The notes under the pieces: generated by a model | Told to the model about the DNA's origin: nothing | Database searches by the model: none | The model's input: only the letters and a program-made list of their open reading frames with translations | Assembly (NCBI GenBank): GCA_004431415.1 | Contig: QPMI01000590.1 | Span: 83,306 to 147,305 of the forward strand | From: Cyanophora paradoxa CCMP329 | Lineage: Eukaryota; Plantae; Glaucophyta | Reading direction: 5' to 3' | Length of the DNA: 64,000 bases | Shown here: one piece after another, positions 49,059 to 61,339 of the stretch | Layout: each line of letters opens with the position of its first letter | Position numbering within the stretch: the first letter of the stretch is position 1 | Program-made: the position numbers and the translations under genes

Positions 49059-50806
49059 TCAGGCGAGGGTGACCGAGCCGAGGTCGAGCCAGGCACCGGA
49101 CTGCTCCGCGTTGGCAAAGCGGAAGGGGAGGCCGGCCGGCAGCGGGTTCGCCACCCGCATCGAGACGGTGTACCGCCCGCGAGGCACTCCGACCGTCGAC
49201 CGGACCGTCGTGTACGCGAAGGGCTTCTGTCGCCGATTAAAAAATTCGACGAAACGTGAAGAAATGTTGTCGGGGCGCACCTGGCCGGGGAGCGCAGCGC
49301 GGATGTCCCAGTTGGTGGTCCACTGAGAGGCAACCTTGCCGTCCGCGCCCCGGAGGGCGACCTGCCTTGGCGATAAGGAAAGCGCGAAACTTTCCATGAG
49401 CTACATTGGCGGGGCCGCGCGCCTGGACGGGCCACTTGTAGTAGAAGGGGGCGACGCCGCGGTTCTCGATGTGGACGGTCAGGCGGAGCGTGCTCGTGGC
49501 CGTCGGCGCGAAGATCGCCTGCAAAAAAGGGGCGTTCAGAGCTCGAGGCGGGTTCGAAGGCCAAGAATAACAGCAAGCGCGGGCCTGGGGCACGTGGAGC
49601 TCGTAGCCCATCGCGCGACTCGCGGTGTTGATGCGGCTCTTCTGCTCGCAATTTTGATATTGACGTAGAAATTGTCAGCTCCAGCTGACGGGCGCGAAAA
49701 ATGCAGACATAGAGCGCGCCTGGTCGCCGGACCAGATGGCGTTGAATCCCTTTGCGAAAATCATCCACGAGGCGTGCGTCGTGCGGATGCACCTGCTCGA
49801 AGTGAGAACGACGGCGCAGTACGTATACACTGAATTCGGTAATTATGTATAAGGCTTTAGAGCATGCGCATGCGCACTCAGAGAGCGTGGCCCCGCTGCC
49901 GGGGTCCGCGGCGGGCGTCCGGTCCCACATGCTCTTCGCGATGTCGGGATAAATCTGCCGAGACGAAAGATCAGAGGAGCGCGGAGAAGCGCCGAGCAGT
50001 GCGCATCGCTCGCCTCTCCGCCGATCATCTGGGTCTTCCACACGTTGACGGCTCCGGCCTGAAGCGCGAAAACGATATTTTAAAAAGCGCAAGTGACGGC
50101 GACACCGACAAGCACGCGCGCGCACATTGCCGAGCCGAGTCATGAAGGACCAACCCGGGGCGCTCTTTACGAGGGTGCTGTAAACTGCGCATGCGCGAGA
50201 AAAGGGCAATGAAGAAGAATTTGGGAAATTGTAGGTAGAGCTATGATTCGCATTTAGTGAATTCAATTTGCACACCGAAGGAATCGTCGTGGAAGCCGAT
50301 CGGAGAGCCGGCTGGCACCTCGTCCGGATTGCGAGCGACAATCTTCGTCTGCGTGAACGCCCTGACGAAGGCGCTCGAGATGCGGTTCTTGAGCGTTTGC
50401 GGCGGCGCAAGCTTGTTCGACGGATACTGCGGCGATTCGATTTCAGAACAGCGTACGCGTGATGCGAATAGCAGCAAGCTCGAGGAAGCTCGCGATCGCG
50501 GACCGTGTGCCACTCGCCCCAGTAGCCGATGAGGCCCATCATGATGGAGCCGATGCGGGCGTCGCCGTCGTACTTGGCTCCGAGAGCGGCGATGAAAGTC
50601 TCGAGAGCAGAGCCGAGGATAGGGTTGTTGTAGTCGGGGCTGCGGCTCGGGCCGTTGCCGTAGTCGGAGTACGCAGTCGCCTTCAGCCCGGAGCTGAGCA
50701 GGAACTGCGCAGATGGTTAGCGAAAGACCGCTTTTGCTTTGGATTGCAATTGTAATTGGTGCGAAATTGTACCTTCGGGATGGCAGAGGGCAGGGTGGGA
50801 TAGTCC
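49059..50806 (-). pseudogene. DUF4832-like gene copy 2; 5' exons separated from the rest by the viral insertion
   Basis: Same exon peptides and intron positions as copy 1, from DYPTLPSAIPK to WLDLGSVTLA*. Sequence turns AT-rich a few nt upstream of the acceptor at 50807. Confidence 0.85.
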
Positions 50807-50818
50807 CTGCGAGTAGGA

Positions 50819-51101
50819 ACACATAGTAAAATGCGGAGTTTTAACCCTCGGCTTATCTTAATTGATTTTGTTGATATATGTCGTATATTCTATTTCAATC
50901 AATCGTTAATCTGTGTATATCTTATCGAATATTCATTTATTTCGTTTATTTTGTATTCTTTTCGATATTTTATCGTAAATTTCTCTTATTTTCCGATTAG
51001 TCTTACTGAGTCTATCGATAATCTGTATATATTTCCGAATAATATAACTGAATCTCAATTAGATCTTGCCTCTGGTTAAAACTCCGCATTTTACTATGTG
51101 T
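50819..51101. repeat. Terminal fold-back: perfect 28-bp inverted repeats around an AT-rich spacer
   Basis: ACACATAGTAAAATGCGGAGTTTTAACC (50819-50846) and its reverse complement (51074-51101). Confidence 0.9.
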
Positions 51102-51353
51102 GATTGGTCTGTTTGTTAATTGATTTAATCGATATTATATTCATGTACTTTCTCGATTAAATTTAATTAAATTTAATTCATTTAATCGGAAATATATCGC
51201 TAAACTCGATTAAGATCCATAAATGATTCATTTGTTAAATAAAACAAATCGATCTCTTATTGAATCCAATCGTAATTATACATGAAACTTATATGTTTTT
51301 ATCATGTTTTAATGATTCTAAGGGGGGACCCTTAGGATTTTTGAAATAATTGG

Positions 51354-51815
51354 GTGTGACAGGTGTGACAGGTCTATCCCAAACTTTTGATAGTTCATTT
51401 TTATGTTATAGAAAAGTTTGGGATAGACCTGTCACACCTGTCACACATACCATATTCAGTAAGGACCTCATATATTGTTAAAATCTCAGTGTTAGTTGGT
51501 GTAGTTGATTCACAAAATGCATCCTGTCACACCTGTCACACAAACCATATTTAGTAAGGATCTCTTTTATAATGAAAAACTCAGTAACAATAAGTAAGAA
51601 GTTTATCTATGTAATTCTACTTGAATAAACAAATGAAATAATCGAGTGTGACAGGTGTGACAGGTCCATCCCAAACTTTGAGAGTTCATTTTTATGCTAT
51701 AGAAAAGTTTGGGATAGACCTGTCACACCTGTCACACAAACCATATTCAGTAAGGACCTCATATATTGGTAAAATCTCAGTGTTAGTTGGTGTAGTTGAT
51801 TCAAAAAATGCATTT
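51354..51815. repeat. Two inverted-repeat modules built of GTGTGACAG/CTGTCACAC 9-mers
   Basis: 35-bp arms at 51354-51388 and 51412-51446; second module 51646-51737; extra 9-mer pair near 51524-51541. Confidence 0.9.
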
Positions 51816-52579
51816 ATACTCTGATTCATTGTTATTTCCTGTGAAATTTGAGTCAACTCAACCCACTTAGTCAACCCTCCCATTGAATTCGTAACAAAAT
51901 CCATATACTTTTACTACTTTTACGATTAATATGAGTCAACCTTGAGTCCACTTTAATTATAATAGGGGGAATCAAGGGGAGATGCTTACTAAATGCAGTG
52001 TTAGATTGATGGGATCATAGATGGGATCACAGTTATCGAAGCAATATAATATAGTTGAATATTCGATATCATAAGTTGATCGAAACGATAAGTATATGGT
52101 TATAAATCGCGATTTTTGAGTTATAATCGAATTTAATCGAATTAATTTTGAATTTCAAAACTCGCTTTAATCGTAATAGCGATCTATACACATTGAGATT
52201 CGTATATGTGATTGCAAGTTATTGTTATGTATGATATATGGGATTATATTCGACCGTCAGTGCATCGATTTGATAACTTCCTAGTGATCTATATTAAAAA
52301 CTCACGTTTAATGGATTTTAATCGAATTTAAAATCGAAATTCAAAATCGGTTTCATCGCGATTTGGAGTTACAGTTAGTGAAATTCCGATATGGCTCATA
52401 AGCGCTGTGACCGCCTTGAAATGCTCGATTTTATGACGTTTTAAGCGCATCGATTTGATAAGTTGGTGTTGAGATATCGTAGCAAACGTTAATATTGATT
52501 TTCTAGACGGGTACAGCATTAATCTAGAAAAAACCGCGTTTTTTTTTTACTTTTCAAGTTTCACGGCGAACGAAGTAAA

Positions 52580-52653
52580 GGTTCCCGAGCGGATTTGAAC
52601 CGCGTAGTTTTGAGTCAGAAATCAAGCGCTCTATTCTCTGAGCCAAAAACGGC
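52580..52653 (-). ncRNA. tRNA-like / Pol III-type element with degenerate cloverleaf
   Basis: Minus strand: TGGCTCAG..AGAGC (D arm, A box) and GCGG-TTCAAAT-CCGC (T arm, B box). Anticodon and acceptor stems are imperfect. Confidence 0.45.
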
Positions 52654-52878
52654 TTACCACCAAGTCGACTCCTGGGCTAGTGTTTCACCAAGTCTACTAT
52701 GGCAAGTGACTTTTGCATCTTCAAACTGTTATATCTCATCACCAGATCATCAAAACGCAACGTTCTGCATATCGCTGTGAAGCGCTTGAGAAGATCTACA
52801 AGACTATGTGTATATCATGTGCATATATGTATATCAGTCATACATATATTTGGAAAAAACGAGTTTTTGCCTAGCAAA

Positions 52879-54264
52879 CTAGCTAGTTTTGGTCCTTTCT
52901 CTTAGTGTTCTCTGAGGTTTAGGGGCTGTATATGACTCCTTAGTAGTCTGAAAGTCATTATACCATCTCTGGCTATTAACCTCAGAAAGTTTCTGTGTCC
53001 CTGCTATAGTGAGCTTTTTGAGTTCCCTGTTAACTTTCCCAGCCTTCTCCTTTCTAGCCTCTATCAAAGGCTTATCTGGGACTTCATTAGAAGCTTCTAT
53101 GCCCTCTCTTCTTATAGCAGCATCAACCCTAGCTTCTTCTTTAGCTTGCTCCAAGGCATCCACTGTAGGTGTTTCCAGATACTCAACTGCATTCACAGGC
53201 AACAGCTCATGGAAAGCAAACCTGTTATCTATGATCTCTCCAGTGGGACTCCTTAGCTTAAACTTAAAGCCTTCCCTACTATCAACAGTGTAAACCATCC
53301 TAGACCAATTGTTACCCTGTTTAGCAAAGGGATTTTTCTCAACTTTCACTCTAACAAACATGCCAGGCTGCATGGTATCAAGATAAGCTATTGATTTCTT
53401 GAATCTTTCATCTTCTAATCCCACTATATACCTGTAATGCTCCTCTGTAGTTTCGCCTGGCTTCATCTTAGTAGCTGAGTGAACTGTATTATTGTAATTA
53501 TACTCAATATCACCTAACACATCAAAGAATCTAGCTGTATTATTGGCTATGCAGTAGTTTGTGATCAGTCTCTTAATCTGCTTGTTAAAGGCTTCAATTC
53601 GACCTTGGCTTCTATGGTCTGCAGTTCCACTCACTTGGTGTTCTATGTATTTACTAGATAAATACTCCTGGAATATTCGATTTTGGAATTCACTCCCAGC
53701 ATCTGATTGAACTTTTACTATGGGTCTTGCCACTCTCATTTCAAGCTGCTTAAATGCAGCCAATGTAGTGAGAGCTGATTTATCTCTTATAGGTATAATA
53801 TACCCAGTTCTTAGTGTTGATTCCATTGCAGTCATAAAGGTATCATAGCCATTGTTTTGTTTCTTATAAGCTGGGAAAAAGAGCAAATCAATCACATAGG
53901 TATCAAGTGGTTGCCTAATTGGGACCATGGGATCTCTCTTCCTAGATATAGCAGGTGCATTGATCTGAACAACTTCTTGTTTTTTATAGAACTCTTGCAA
54001 CTGCTTATAGGATTCATCAGGTAACTCAGCCCTCATAGCTTGAAGCCCTTTGTAACCAGTTCTCACATCATAGAATCTCTTTGCAATCTTGCTGGTTTCT
54101 TTCACTGCAATGGCAACTGGGATCTCTACTGGGACAAGCTCTTTCATCTCTGACTTTTTAACAATTCGAGATTCCCCCTTTTCTTCCTTTGGAACTGTGA
54201 TGGGCAGTAGGTTACCTTGCAGTTGCTCAGTGGTTCTCCTAACTATTCTTCCAGTTGCTGGCAT
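52879..54264 (-). CDS. Retroviral-type (rve) DDE integrase, 461 aa
   Basis: YVIDL (D), QSDAGSEF (D), GRIEAFNKQIK (E), and YNNTVHSATKMKP typical of Polinton integrases. Confidence 0.93.
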   Translation of the reverse strand: MPATGRIVRRTTEQLQGNLLPITVPKEEKGESRIVKKSEMKELVPVEIPVAIAVKETSKIAKRFYDVRTGYKGLQAMRAELPDESYKQLQEFYKKQEVVQINAPAISRKRDPMVPIRQPLDTYVIDLLFFPAYKKQNNGYDTFMTAMESTLRTGYIIPIRDKSALTTLAAFKQLEMRVARPIVKVQSDAGSEFQNRIFQEYLSSKYIEHQVSGTADHRSQGRIEAFNKQIKRLITNYCIANNTARFFDVLGDIEYNYNNTVHSATKMKPGETTEEHYRYIVGLEDERFKKSIAYLDTMQPGMFVRVKVEKNPFAKQGNNWSRMVYTVDSREGFKFKLRSPTGEIIDNRFAFHELLPVNAVEYLETPTVDALEQAKEEARVDAAIRREGIEASNEVPDKPLIEARKEKAGKVNRELKKLTIAGTQKLSEVNSQRWYNDFQTTKESYTAPKPQRTLRERTKTS

Positions 54265-54267
54265 CTC

Positions 54268-57200
54268 TTAATTAAAAGGAACAGAATTAATACCATCTGG
54301 TAAGATGTATCTCTTTGCATCAAAGCAATTTAGGGCAACCCTTCTACTCACAGTATCTATTATTGTGTGATCTGCCCTTCTCTTCTGCTTTGCAGTCACA
54401 GTCTTGCTGATACCTGCAAATAAACACTGCTTAAAATCATTAAATTGGAGTTCCTCAGTGGAAGTCCCAGAGAGCTTACTTCTCTCAATCTCAGCAGTTC
54501 TGAAACTGTAAACCTTGGCTCTCAGACCCACATACTCCAATATAGCAGAACCTGGCATCTCATTTTTGTATTTACCTGGGGTCATTCTGGAATCACCTCC
54601 AAGGTCTAATGCATAGGATATATTCTCTATATCTTTTTGTAAGGTCTTAGATTCAATATATAGACAGAAGGAGTCAGTATCATGGAACAGTAATTTGGCT
54701 TTGGACCATTGGGACCTTATAGTATCATAGAAGAACTGGTAATTATGCAGTTTGGCTGCATCCAAAACATAAGCCCCAATTGCAACAGGCTTATCTAGTT
54801 TCACATGCTTTGTGTAAAACTCAAAGGCAACTGCCTTTTCGTTTATGGGGCTTGTTGATTTCACCAATGGAGAGGCTGCATATTTCATAAACAGTTTCTC
54901 ACTGTTTGCAATCTTAACCACAGATCTACCTCTGCAAGATTCAATGCATTTCCCATAGATTGAGTTATTCATGAGCTTATAGAAATCAGCCTCGAATTTA
55001 TTCACTGCTTTCCTTCTCATCTCAGTATTCAGCTCAATATAGGGTTTCATTACAGGAGCCACAGTAAATGATAGGACCCTGTGAACCTTCTTTAATTTCA
55101 CCCCTTTGTCCAACAGATACTGTAGGAGAGGCTCAGAAATCACATAGTTTGTCACAGAACCAAAGGTTGCAGTTAGCTTAGGGGTCTTATCAAGCTCTTC
55201 TCCTGAAAGATCTAATAGGCTCTTTTGATATTGTGATAATTCGGCATATTCTACTATTTTCTTGTTAATAATTAGGGGAAATCACTGTGATCTAGAAACA
55301 GCCTAATTGGGTAATCCAGATCAACTTCTAGGAAACTGGATCTGTTATCTTGTGGGTTGAATTCGGTCTCCCATCTAAAATCACCAACTGGGATTGGCTG
55401 ACTCAAACAGTAGCCATACAAGTTGTTAGCATCAAACAGCATTATATGGGAGTTCTCACCATCTGCCTCAGCATACCTACAGGGCATTGTTGCAAAGCCA
55501 CCCCTGATTCCCCTCTCAACAAATTCGTATTGCTCTACATCACTGATGAGTTCTATTTTTGCCTTGGTGGTCCTAAGCATAGCATCCCAAGATAGCCCAG
55601 GTGCAGATACATAATGAACTGGGTCAAGTCCATATACTGAGTGTGAAAGCCTTCTGAAGGCTTGGAATTTGTTCATTAACTCATCTACATCAGCAGCTCC
55701 AAAATCCATGAAATTACTTGCATCAATGAACTTGTAAAGACCCCATTGCAATGAAAGGTATTGATCAAAGTTTTTCGAAAGGATTTCGATTCGCTTTTTA
55801 TCTCCCAAACCTGCTATTTTTCTGAAAATGAATGACCCACAGTCATCCATTTGGTCAACAACCACTGCTACTTTGGTTTGCTTTGAGATTCTCCTATGGA
55901 GATTGCAGTTTCTGCAAGCAGGAGCAATGTACTGACCTGTGTGGTGATCATGATCTCTGCATTTAAAGTTCTCCTTAGTGAATCTCTCACTGCAAAGGTA
56001 ACAGTTTTTGGTAGCTCTGTAAATTGCTTTCTGCTCATCTGTGAGTTCATTCATAGGAATATTGGTGAACAGGAAATCGATTAGTTCTCTAGCTTTGGAC
56101 TCCAAGCATTCAAACAGACCTCCCATTGGATCCTGCCCCTCAAAACGAAAATCTTGAACATCTGCCCCAGTGACTACTCTGAGGTTGACTGCTGAGACTT
56201 CCCTCTTGGATTTCGATGCATCAATGGGGATGCTTCTATGTTCAATCTTGCAGTAGACCACAACAGGAAGCCATACAGTTTTCCTAAGGTTTTTGAGTCC
56301 AAACTCTATGGTGGTCTCAGGTTTTGGTGTGATTCCCTTTGAGAGTCTCCAATCAATGCATCTGTTTGAGTCCACATGAGCAGTGAGTTTAGCCTCAGAC
56401 CTAAATCGAGATAAGCATGTGTCACAGTAGTGTAACTTTTGATCCTTGGTTTTATCAAGGGCAACTCTGAGAAGTCTTGAGAGTGACATAATAGTAATAT
56501 AGTGACCATTCCCTTCATCATCATGAATGAGCATGAGATTGATCTTTTGCTTTCTGCCTGGGTTGCTGGATTGATGCAGGGGATAAATAACCTCTCCATC
56601 GATTCCAAATATATTAATGCTAATGCCTGCATTTTGAGCCTCGAATTTATCAATTATTTCAGCATCACAGGCAACAGGGAATGGGATATTGTCGAAATTG
56701 AGAGCCAAAGGATTGTATGTGGTTGGTGAGTATTTCCATTTGCGATATTGTGTAAGCTCACTTCTCTTGTGGGAATTTACATCTTTCCTATGGATCCATG
56801 CCAAAATGGCATTTTCAAAGCAAGAATCATCAATATTTCGAATATTCACTGTGGCTTTCTTAGCTGCAATTGATTCTGGTGTTTTAACATAGCAGCCACC
56901 AGTTGGGGCATAACTCATAATAGCAACTCTTAGCATTTCGATTCTTTCAAGTCGATAGCTGTCAACCACATTCATCTGCTCCTGACACATTTGGGCTGCT
57001 TTATTCAGCTCAGTTCGAATATTTCTCGATTTGGTTAATACAAAATAATCGCTGTAAATGTATTTCGATATCCAAACCTGCGGATTGCTGACTTTAACGA
57101 ACTTGCAGATAAACGACAAGCGAACCTTGATTGCCCTGAATTGATCCAGACTATCCCTTAAACGTTTTGGTAGAGAGGTTGCAATTCTATCTAAATATTC

Positions 57201-57512
57201 AATCACATCTACCACAACTTCCCTTCTGGCTCTGTATGTGAGCCAGCGATATAATTCATTCATGGCTGTTCCATCTTCTGCCTCTGGTTCTATTTGCCTC
57301 AGGCGATCGAGTTCATCAAGAGTCTCAACTTTGTCATAGAGGTTATTGGCTTTTCTGGTTAATTTTGCTAAAGTGGGTCTGCCCCTTGAAATAAATCCGA
57401 TTTCCCGGTCATATTCAGCCTCTGTGATTTCATGGGCTGCATACAGTGTTCCCAGTAATCCCATAAGTTCCCATTTCTTCTCTCTAATGAGTCTGTTGCT
57501 AATTCGGGGCAT
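54268..57512 (-). CDS. Protein-primed family B DNA polymerase, split by one frameshift at ~55275
   Basis: FDANNLYG, YKLMNNSIYGK, HDTDS, GLRAKVYS; EndoVII-like CYLC..RDHDHHTG..ACRNCNL; YGLDP..SAPGLSWDAML as in Polinton PolB. Adding 1 nt restores DHSDFP-LIINKK. Confidence 0.93.
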
Positions 57513-57578
57513 AGTTCCTAACTTGTTCCTACTAAAAGGGGAGGTTTAAATGGGGAATTCTGAACACAAAATTTGATG

Positions 57579-57617
57579 AAAACTACTTAAAGAAATATCT
57601 TCTATATATATAAAAGG
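57579..57617 (+). promoter_or_regulatory. Candidate viral promoter ACTTAAAGAA..TCTTCTATATATATAAAAGG
   Basis: Near-identical copy at 58903-58941 and a variant at ~58450-58475, each just upstream of a plus-strand ATG (57621, 58959, 58492). Confidence 0.7.
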
Positions 57618-57620
57618 ACA

Positions 57621-58435
57621 ATGCAGAGAAGAAATCGTATTGCCTGGAAAAGCTCAAAGCGGCTTTAATGTTGCTTTGTGGATCTGATAACTTCAATGAT
57701 TATGTTGCTCTTGGAAGTAACAGGAAACCGCTCCCTCTTTGGGCAAAGCTTGCAAAATATGGATTAAGTGACTATGACCTGCCTCCAGAGTCTGAGCATT
57801 GCGCCTGTGATCATCCAATTAAAGAGCAATGCTATATTCTGCATGTTAATAAAAAGATTGTGGTCATTGTTGGGAATTGCTGCATTTTACGATTTATTCC
57901 GAAGGGTGCCAGAGGTCAAGATATATGTGAAAGATGTGGAGATCGGCATAAAAACCGAAAGGATAATTTCTGTAATAAGTGCAGAATCGCTTTAAAGCAA
58001 GAAGAACTGGAAAGAAAAAGAGAACTTGAAAAACAAGAGGAAGCTCGAAAGAGGCAGCTTGAATTAGAAGAAAGAGAGCGAAGAGAGAGAGAATTAGAAC
58101 AAGAAAGAGCAAGGAATAAACATGCAGTTAATCTTTTCCTGATTTGGTGCAACCAATTTATTCCGAAAATGGATAATCTTCGCAGAGATGATATAGAGAG
58201 GTTCAGAGAGGGCAGATCTGCATTGATTGAAATGTATGCAGAACTCAGTACAACAAATACATTGGTTGCTGGGTTTCAGGTGCCTTATCTTAAAAAAGAT
58301 ATCGCAAAAGGATTAGATTGCAGATGGAATAAGGACAAGAAAACATGGGAGACCTTGGAAATCGAACCATTTGTAGCATTGCTAGGTAAGCATTTCAAAC
58401 TTATGTATATTGAGCGATTTGGACAAAGAGGTTAG
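57621..58435 (+). CDS. Cys-rich Zn-binding / coiled-coil protein with C-terminal DUF5710-like motif
   Basis: CACDHPI..VGNCCI and CERC..FCNKC; E/R/K coiled coil; VPYLKKDIAKGLDCRWNKDKKTW. The likely start at 57621 needs a 1-nt correction; otherwise 57668. Confidence 0.7.
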
Positions 58436-58491
58436 AGAACAAAAAATGATTTAAAGAATTCTCTATATATATTAAGAGAGACAGAGGAAAA

Positions 58492-58746
58492 ATGCCACTC
58501 AGTGAAGCCCAGAAGAGAGCAATGAAAAGATACCAGCAAACTGAAAAAGGTAAGGCTCAAATCAAAAAGTTTAACGAAAAAATAGCCACACAGCTTAGAG
58601 ATCTATATCAAACCGATGATACCTATAGAGCAATGAAAATAGCAAGTTCATGTCAGCGAAAGTATGCAGCCAATGCAGTCTGCTTTGTCAAGTATTTGTA
58701 TGATGTCCCTTACTCAAATAGAGGGAGAAAATTGAAACATGTCTAA
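58492..58746 (+). CDS. Small basic hypothetical viral protein (84 aa)
   Basis: MPLSEAQKRAMKRYQQ..., preceded by the shared promoter motif. Confidence 0.65.
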   Translation: MPLSEAQKRAMKRYQQTEKGKAQIKKFNEKIATQLRDLYQTDDTYRAMKIASSCQRKYAANAVCFVKYLYDVPYSNRGRKLKHV

Positions 58747-58958
58747 ATTATTTTTCCCAGCATATTACTAGGCTGGGGATATGCTGTTTATTCGCTGAAA
58801 TACCCATTCATCCTTTTTGTATCTAAACCACTCGATATATCATGTGGATAAATTTCGTAGGGATACTTTCTCGATTTCCAACAAAAAATGATTGGGGGAC
58901 CCAAAACTACTTAAAGAAAAATCTTCTATATATATAAAAGGGACCCCGATCGCTGAAA

Positions 58959-61282
58959 ATGAACGCCAAACAGACTAAATCGCTCAAATCGCTCGCTAAC
59001 TGGCTCAGATCTGATGAGGAACTGTCCAAAAACATGATTATCCAGTGAAACCTGACAGCAAAGACCTGTTTTCAAGCATAAGGGAGGTGCATGGTCCTGG
59101 GAAAAGTATGAGGAAGCGCTGGCAACTAATCAGTATGTATCTTGGGGCATTCTGCTCTCAGACAACATGATGGTTATTGACTTTGATGATGAGGAGGACT
59201 TTGAGAAATTCCGGGATATGTTTCCTGATGACTTTGATGCCAATCAGCCCATGGCAAAAACTAAAAAAGGCTATCATGTCTACTTTAAACGACCTGAGGA
59301 GTTCAATAAACTCAAAATTACCGATAAGGCTCCTGGCTTTAAAGGCTTTGAGAAGGTTGACCTGAAAACAATCACTGGAACTGGAACTTCTGGACTGATC
59401 AATGTGTGTCCCAGTGTGAACAAGGCTTGGGTAATCTCCCCATGGGATGATACCTGTGATTTCAATGAGCCTACTGATGACTTCAAAAAGTGGATAATAG
59501 ATAACTACATCTATAAGAGTGAGTATACTGCTAATGCTACCTCACATGATGAACTGGAAAACAATATTATCAAAGAGCTGGTGGATATGGGATTTATGCA
59601 TCCCAATATAATCTCTAAAACTGAACTTGGCTTTAACTTTGATGCTGCTAACAAGGGACTCAATTGCCCATGCTGCAATGGTTCACATGAATCGAATAAC
59701 TGGTATGTTATGAAAGCTAAAGGAGATGATAACAAATACATTGTGTCAAGCTACAGTGGAAATTGCAAAAAACGATTCATCTGCATTGGAATGCAATCTG
59801 ATATCTTTAATCTTATAGATAAATCCGCTGGTTCTGGTGGCGCTCATTATGATGTGAGTTTAGTATGCAAAGAGGTTCTGAAACACACTTGGAGATACTC
59901 CAAAAAGTCATGGTTCAAACTCAATACTGATACTGGGATTTGGGAGCATGATGACACAAACCTAAAGATTTACCTAGATATAAGCCGTCTTGTTGTCCCC
60001 CAATATCTTGGGAGGGCTGTGCATTATAGTCAAAGAGCTTTAAAGGATGAGGAAAACAAAGCAACTTTCGAAGAAAGATCCAAAACATTAATGACCATTG
60101 CCAAAAATCTTAAACAATCAGGATTTCGCAAATCCCTTCTGACTGACTTGGTCCCACTGCTGAATGATGATGAATTCTTTGAGAAGATTGACACAGTTCC
60201 ATATGTGATTGGATTCGAAAATGGTGTATTTGATCTGACCACTATGACTTTCAGGAAGGGTAAACTGGAAGATATGGTGAGCAAGACTGTGGGTTATGAC
60301 TATACTGAAAATGTAGACCCCAAGAAAATAGAGCATCTCAATCAGATTTATAAAGAGATTGTGGATGATCCAGCAGAGCGAAAGTATCTTCTGGCATCCA
60401 TTGCAATTGCTCTTAGTGGATCAACTAAATCCCAGAAGTTCTACATGTGGACTGGTGCTGGTGCTAATGGGAAATCACTTGTTCAGGAATACTGCAAACA
60501 AATATCTGGTCGTTATTACAGCCCTCTCGAAATATCCTACTGGACTAAGCCTAAAAAGAACTCATCAGAGGCTACTCCTGAACTTGCCAAACTCCTTGGA
60601 AAGCGACTTGTATTCAGTAATGAGGCTGAAGATGGTGATAAACTGCAGATCTCCAAGATAAAGGAGGTCACAGGTGGAAATGAAATGACTGTGAGAGCCT
60701 TGTTCAAAGATCCAGTTATCCTTACTCCAATGTTTCAAGTCTACATTACAACCAATGACAATTTGACTATAAACAAACCAGACTTTGCAATTCAAAGAAG
60801 GCTTTCATACCAGAGATTCAATAATATATTCAGAGAGAAGCCAGAAGCTGGTCAGAAGAAAGCTGACCCAACTCTGTCACACTTCTACACAATGATGATG
60901 AGTATAAGATGGCTCACATGAAGATATTACTGGATATGTGGAAGAACAAAGAGGTTGAAGAGATCTTAAGGGATCCCCCTCAATCGATTATTGAACAAGG
61001 ATAAACTTTATAACTGAAAATGATAAAATTGGTGAATGGCTTAGGGATAATTTCGAAGTTACTCATAATGCAAACGACTTTGTTTCCAGTGATACCATTT
61101 ACAAATCATACAAAAGTGTTGATGATAAAGTTGAATGTGTATCTGTAATGAAAAGAGTAAGGGAGATTTTCAATGTTAAATCGGAAAGAAAACGAGTTAA
61201 TGGTATTCTTGCCAGAGGATATATTGGGATTCGAAAGATAACAAGGGTTCAGGAAGACAATGAAGATGATGCCGAATATTAA
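58959..61282 (+). CDS. Prim-pol + D5-like SF3 primase-helicase, several frameshifts
   Basis: VIDFDD and TKKGYHVYF (prim-pol); IGFENGVFDL (D5_N); GAGANGKS, FSNE, TTN (SF3 A/B/C). Main ORF 59167-60921 with N- and C-terminal parts in other frames. Confidence 0.9.
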
Positions 61283-61339
61283 ACAAGCGATTGATGATTG
61301 AGATTTACATATATTTTATAGCCTTACTGAAAATGGTTT

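Noticed and set aside
55268-55282. Programmed -1 frameshift in pPolB at T TTC CCC
   Set aside because: CCC is not a canonical slippery triplet, and similar 1-nt losses occur in most viral genes, favouring error or decay.
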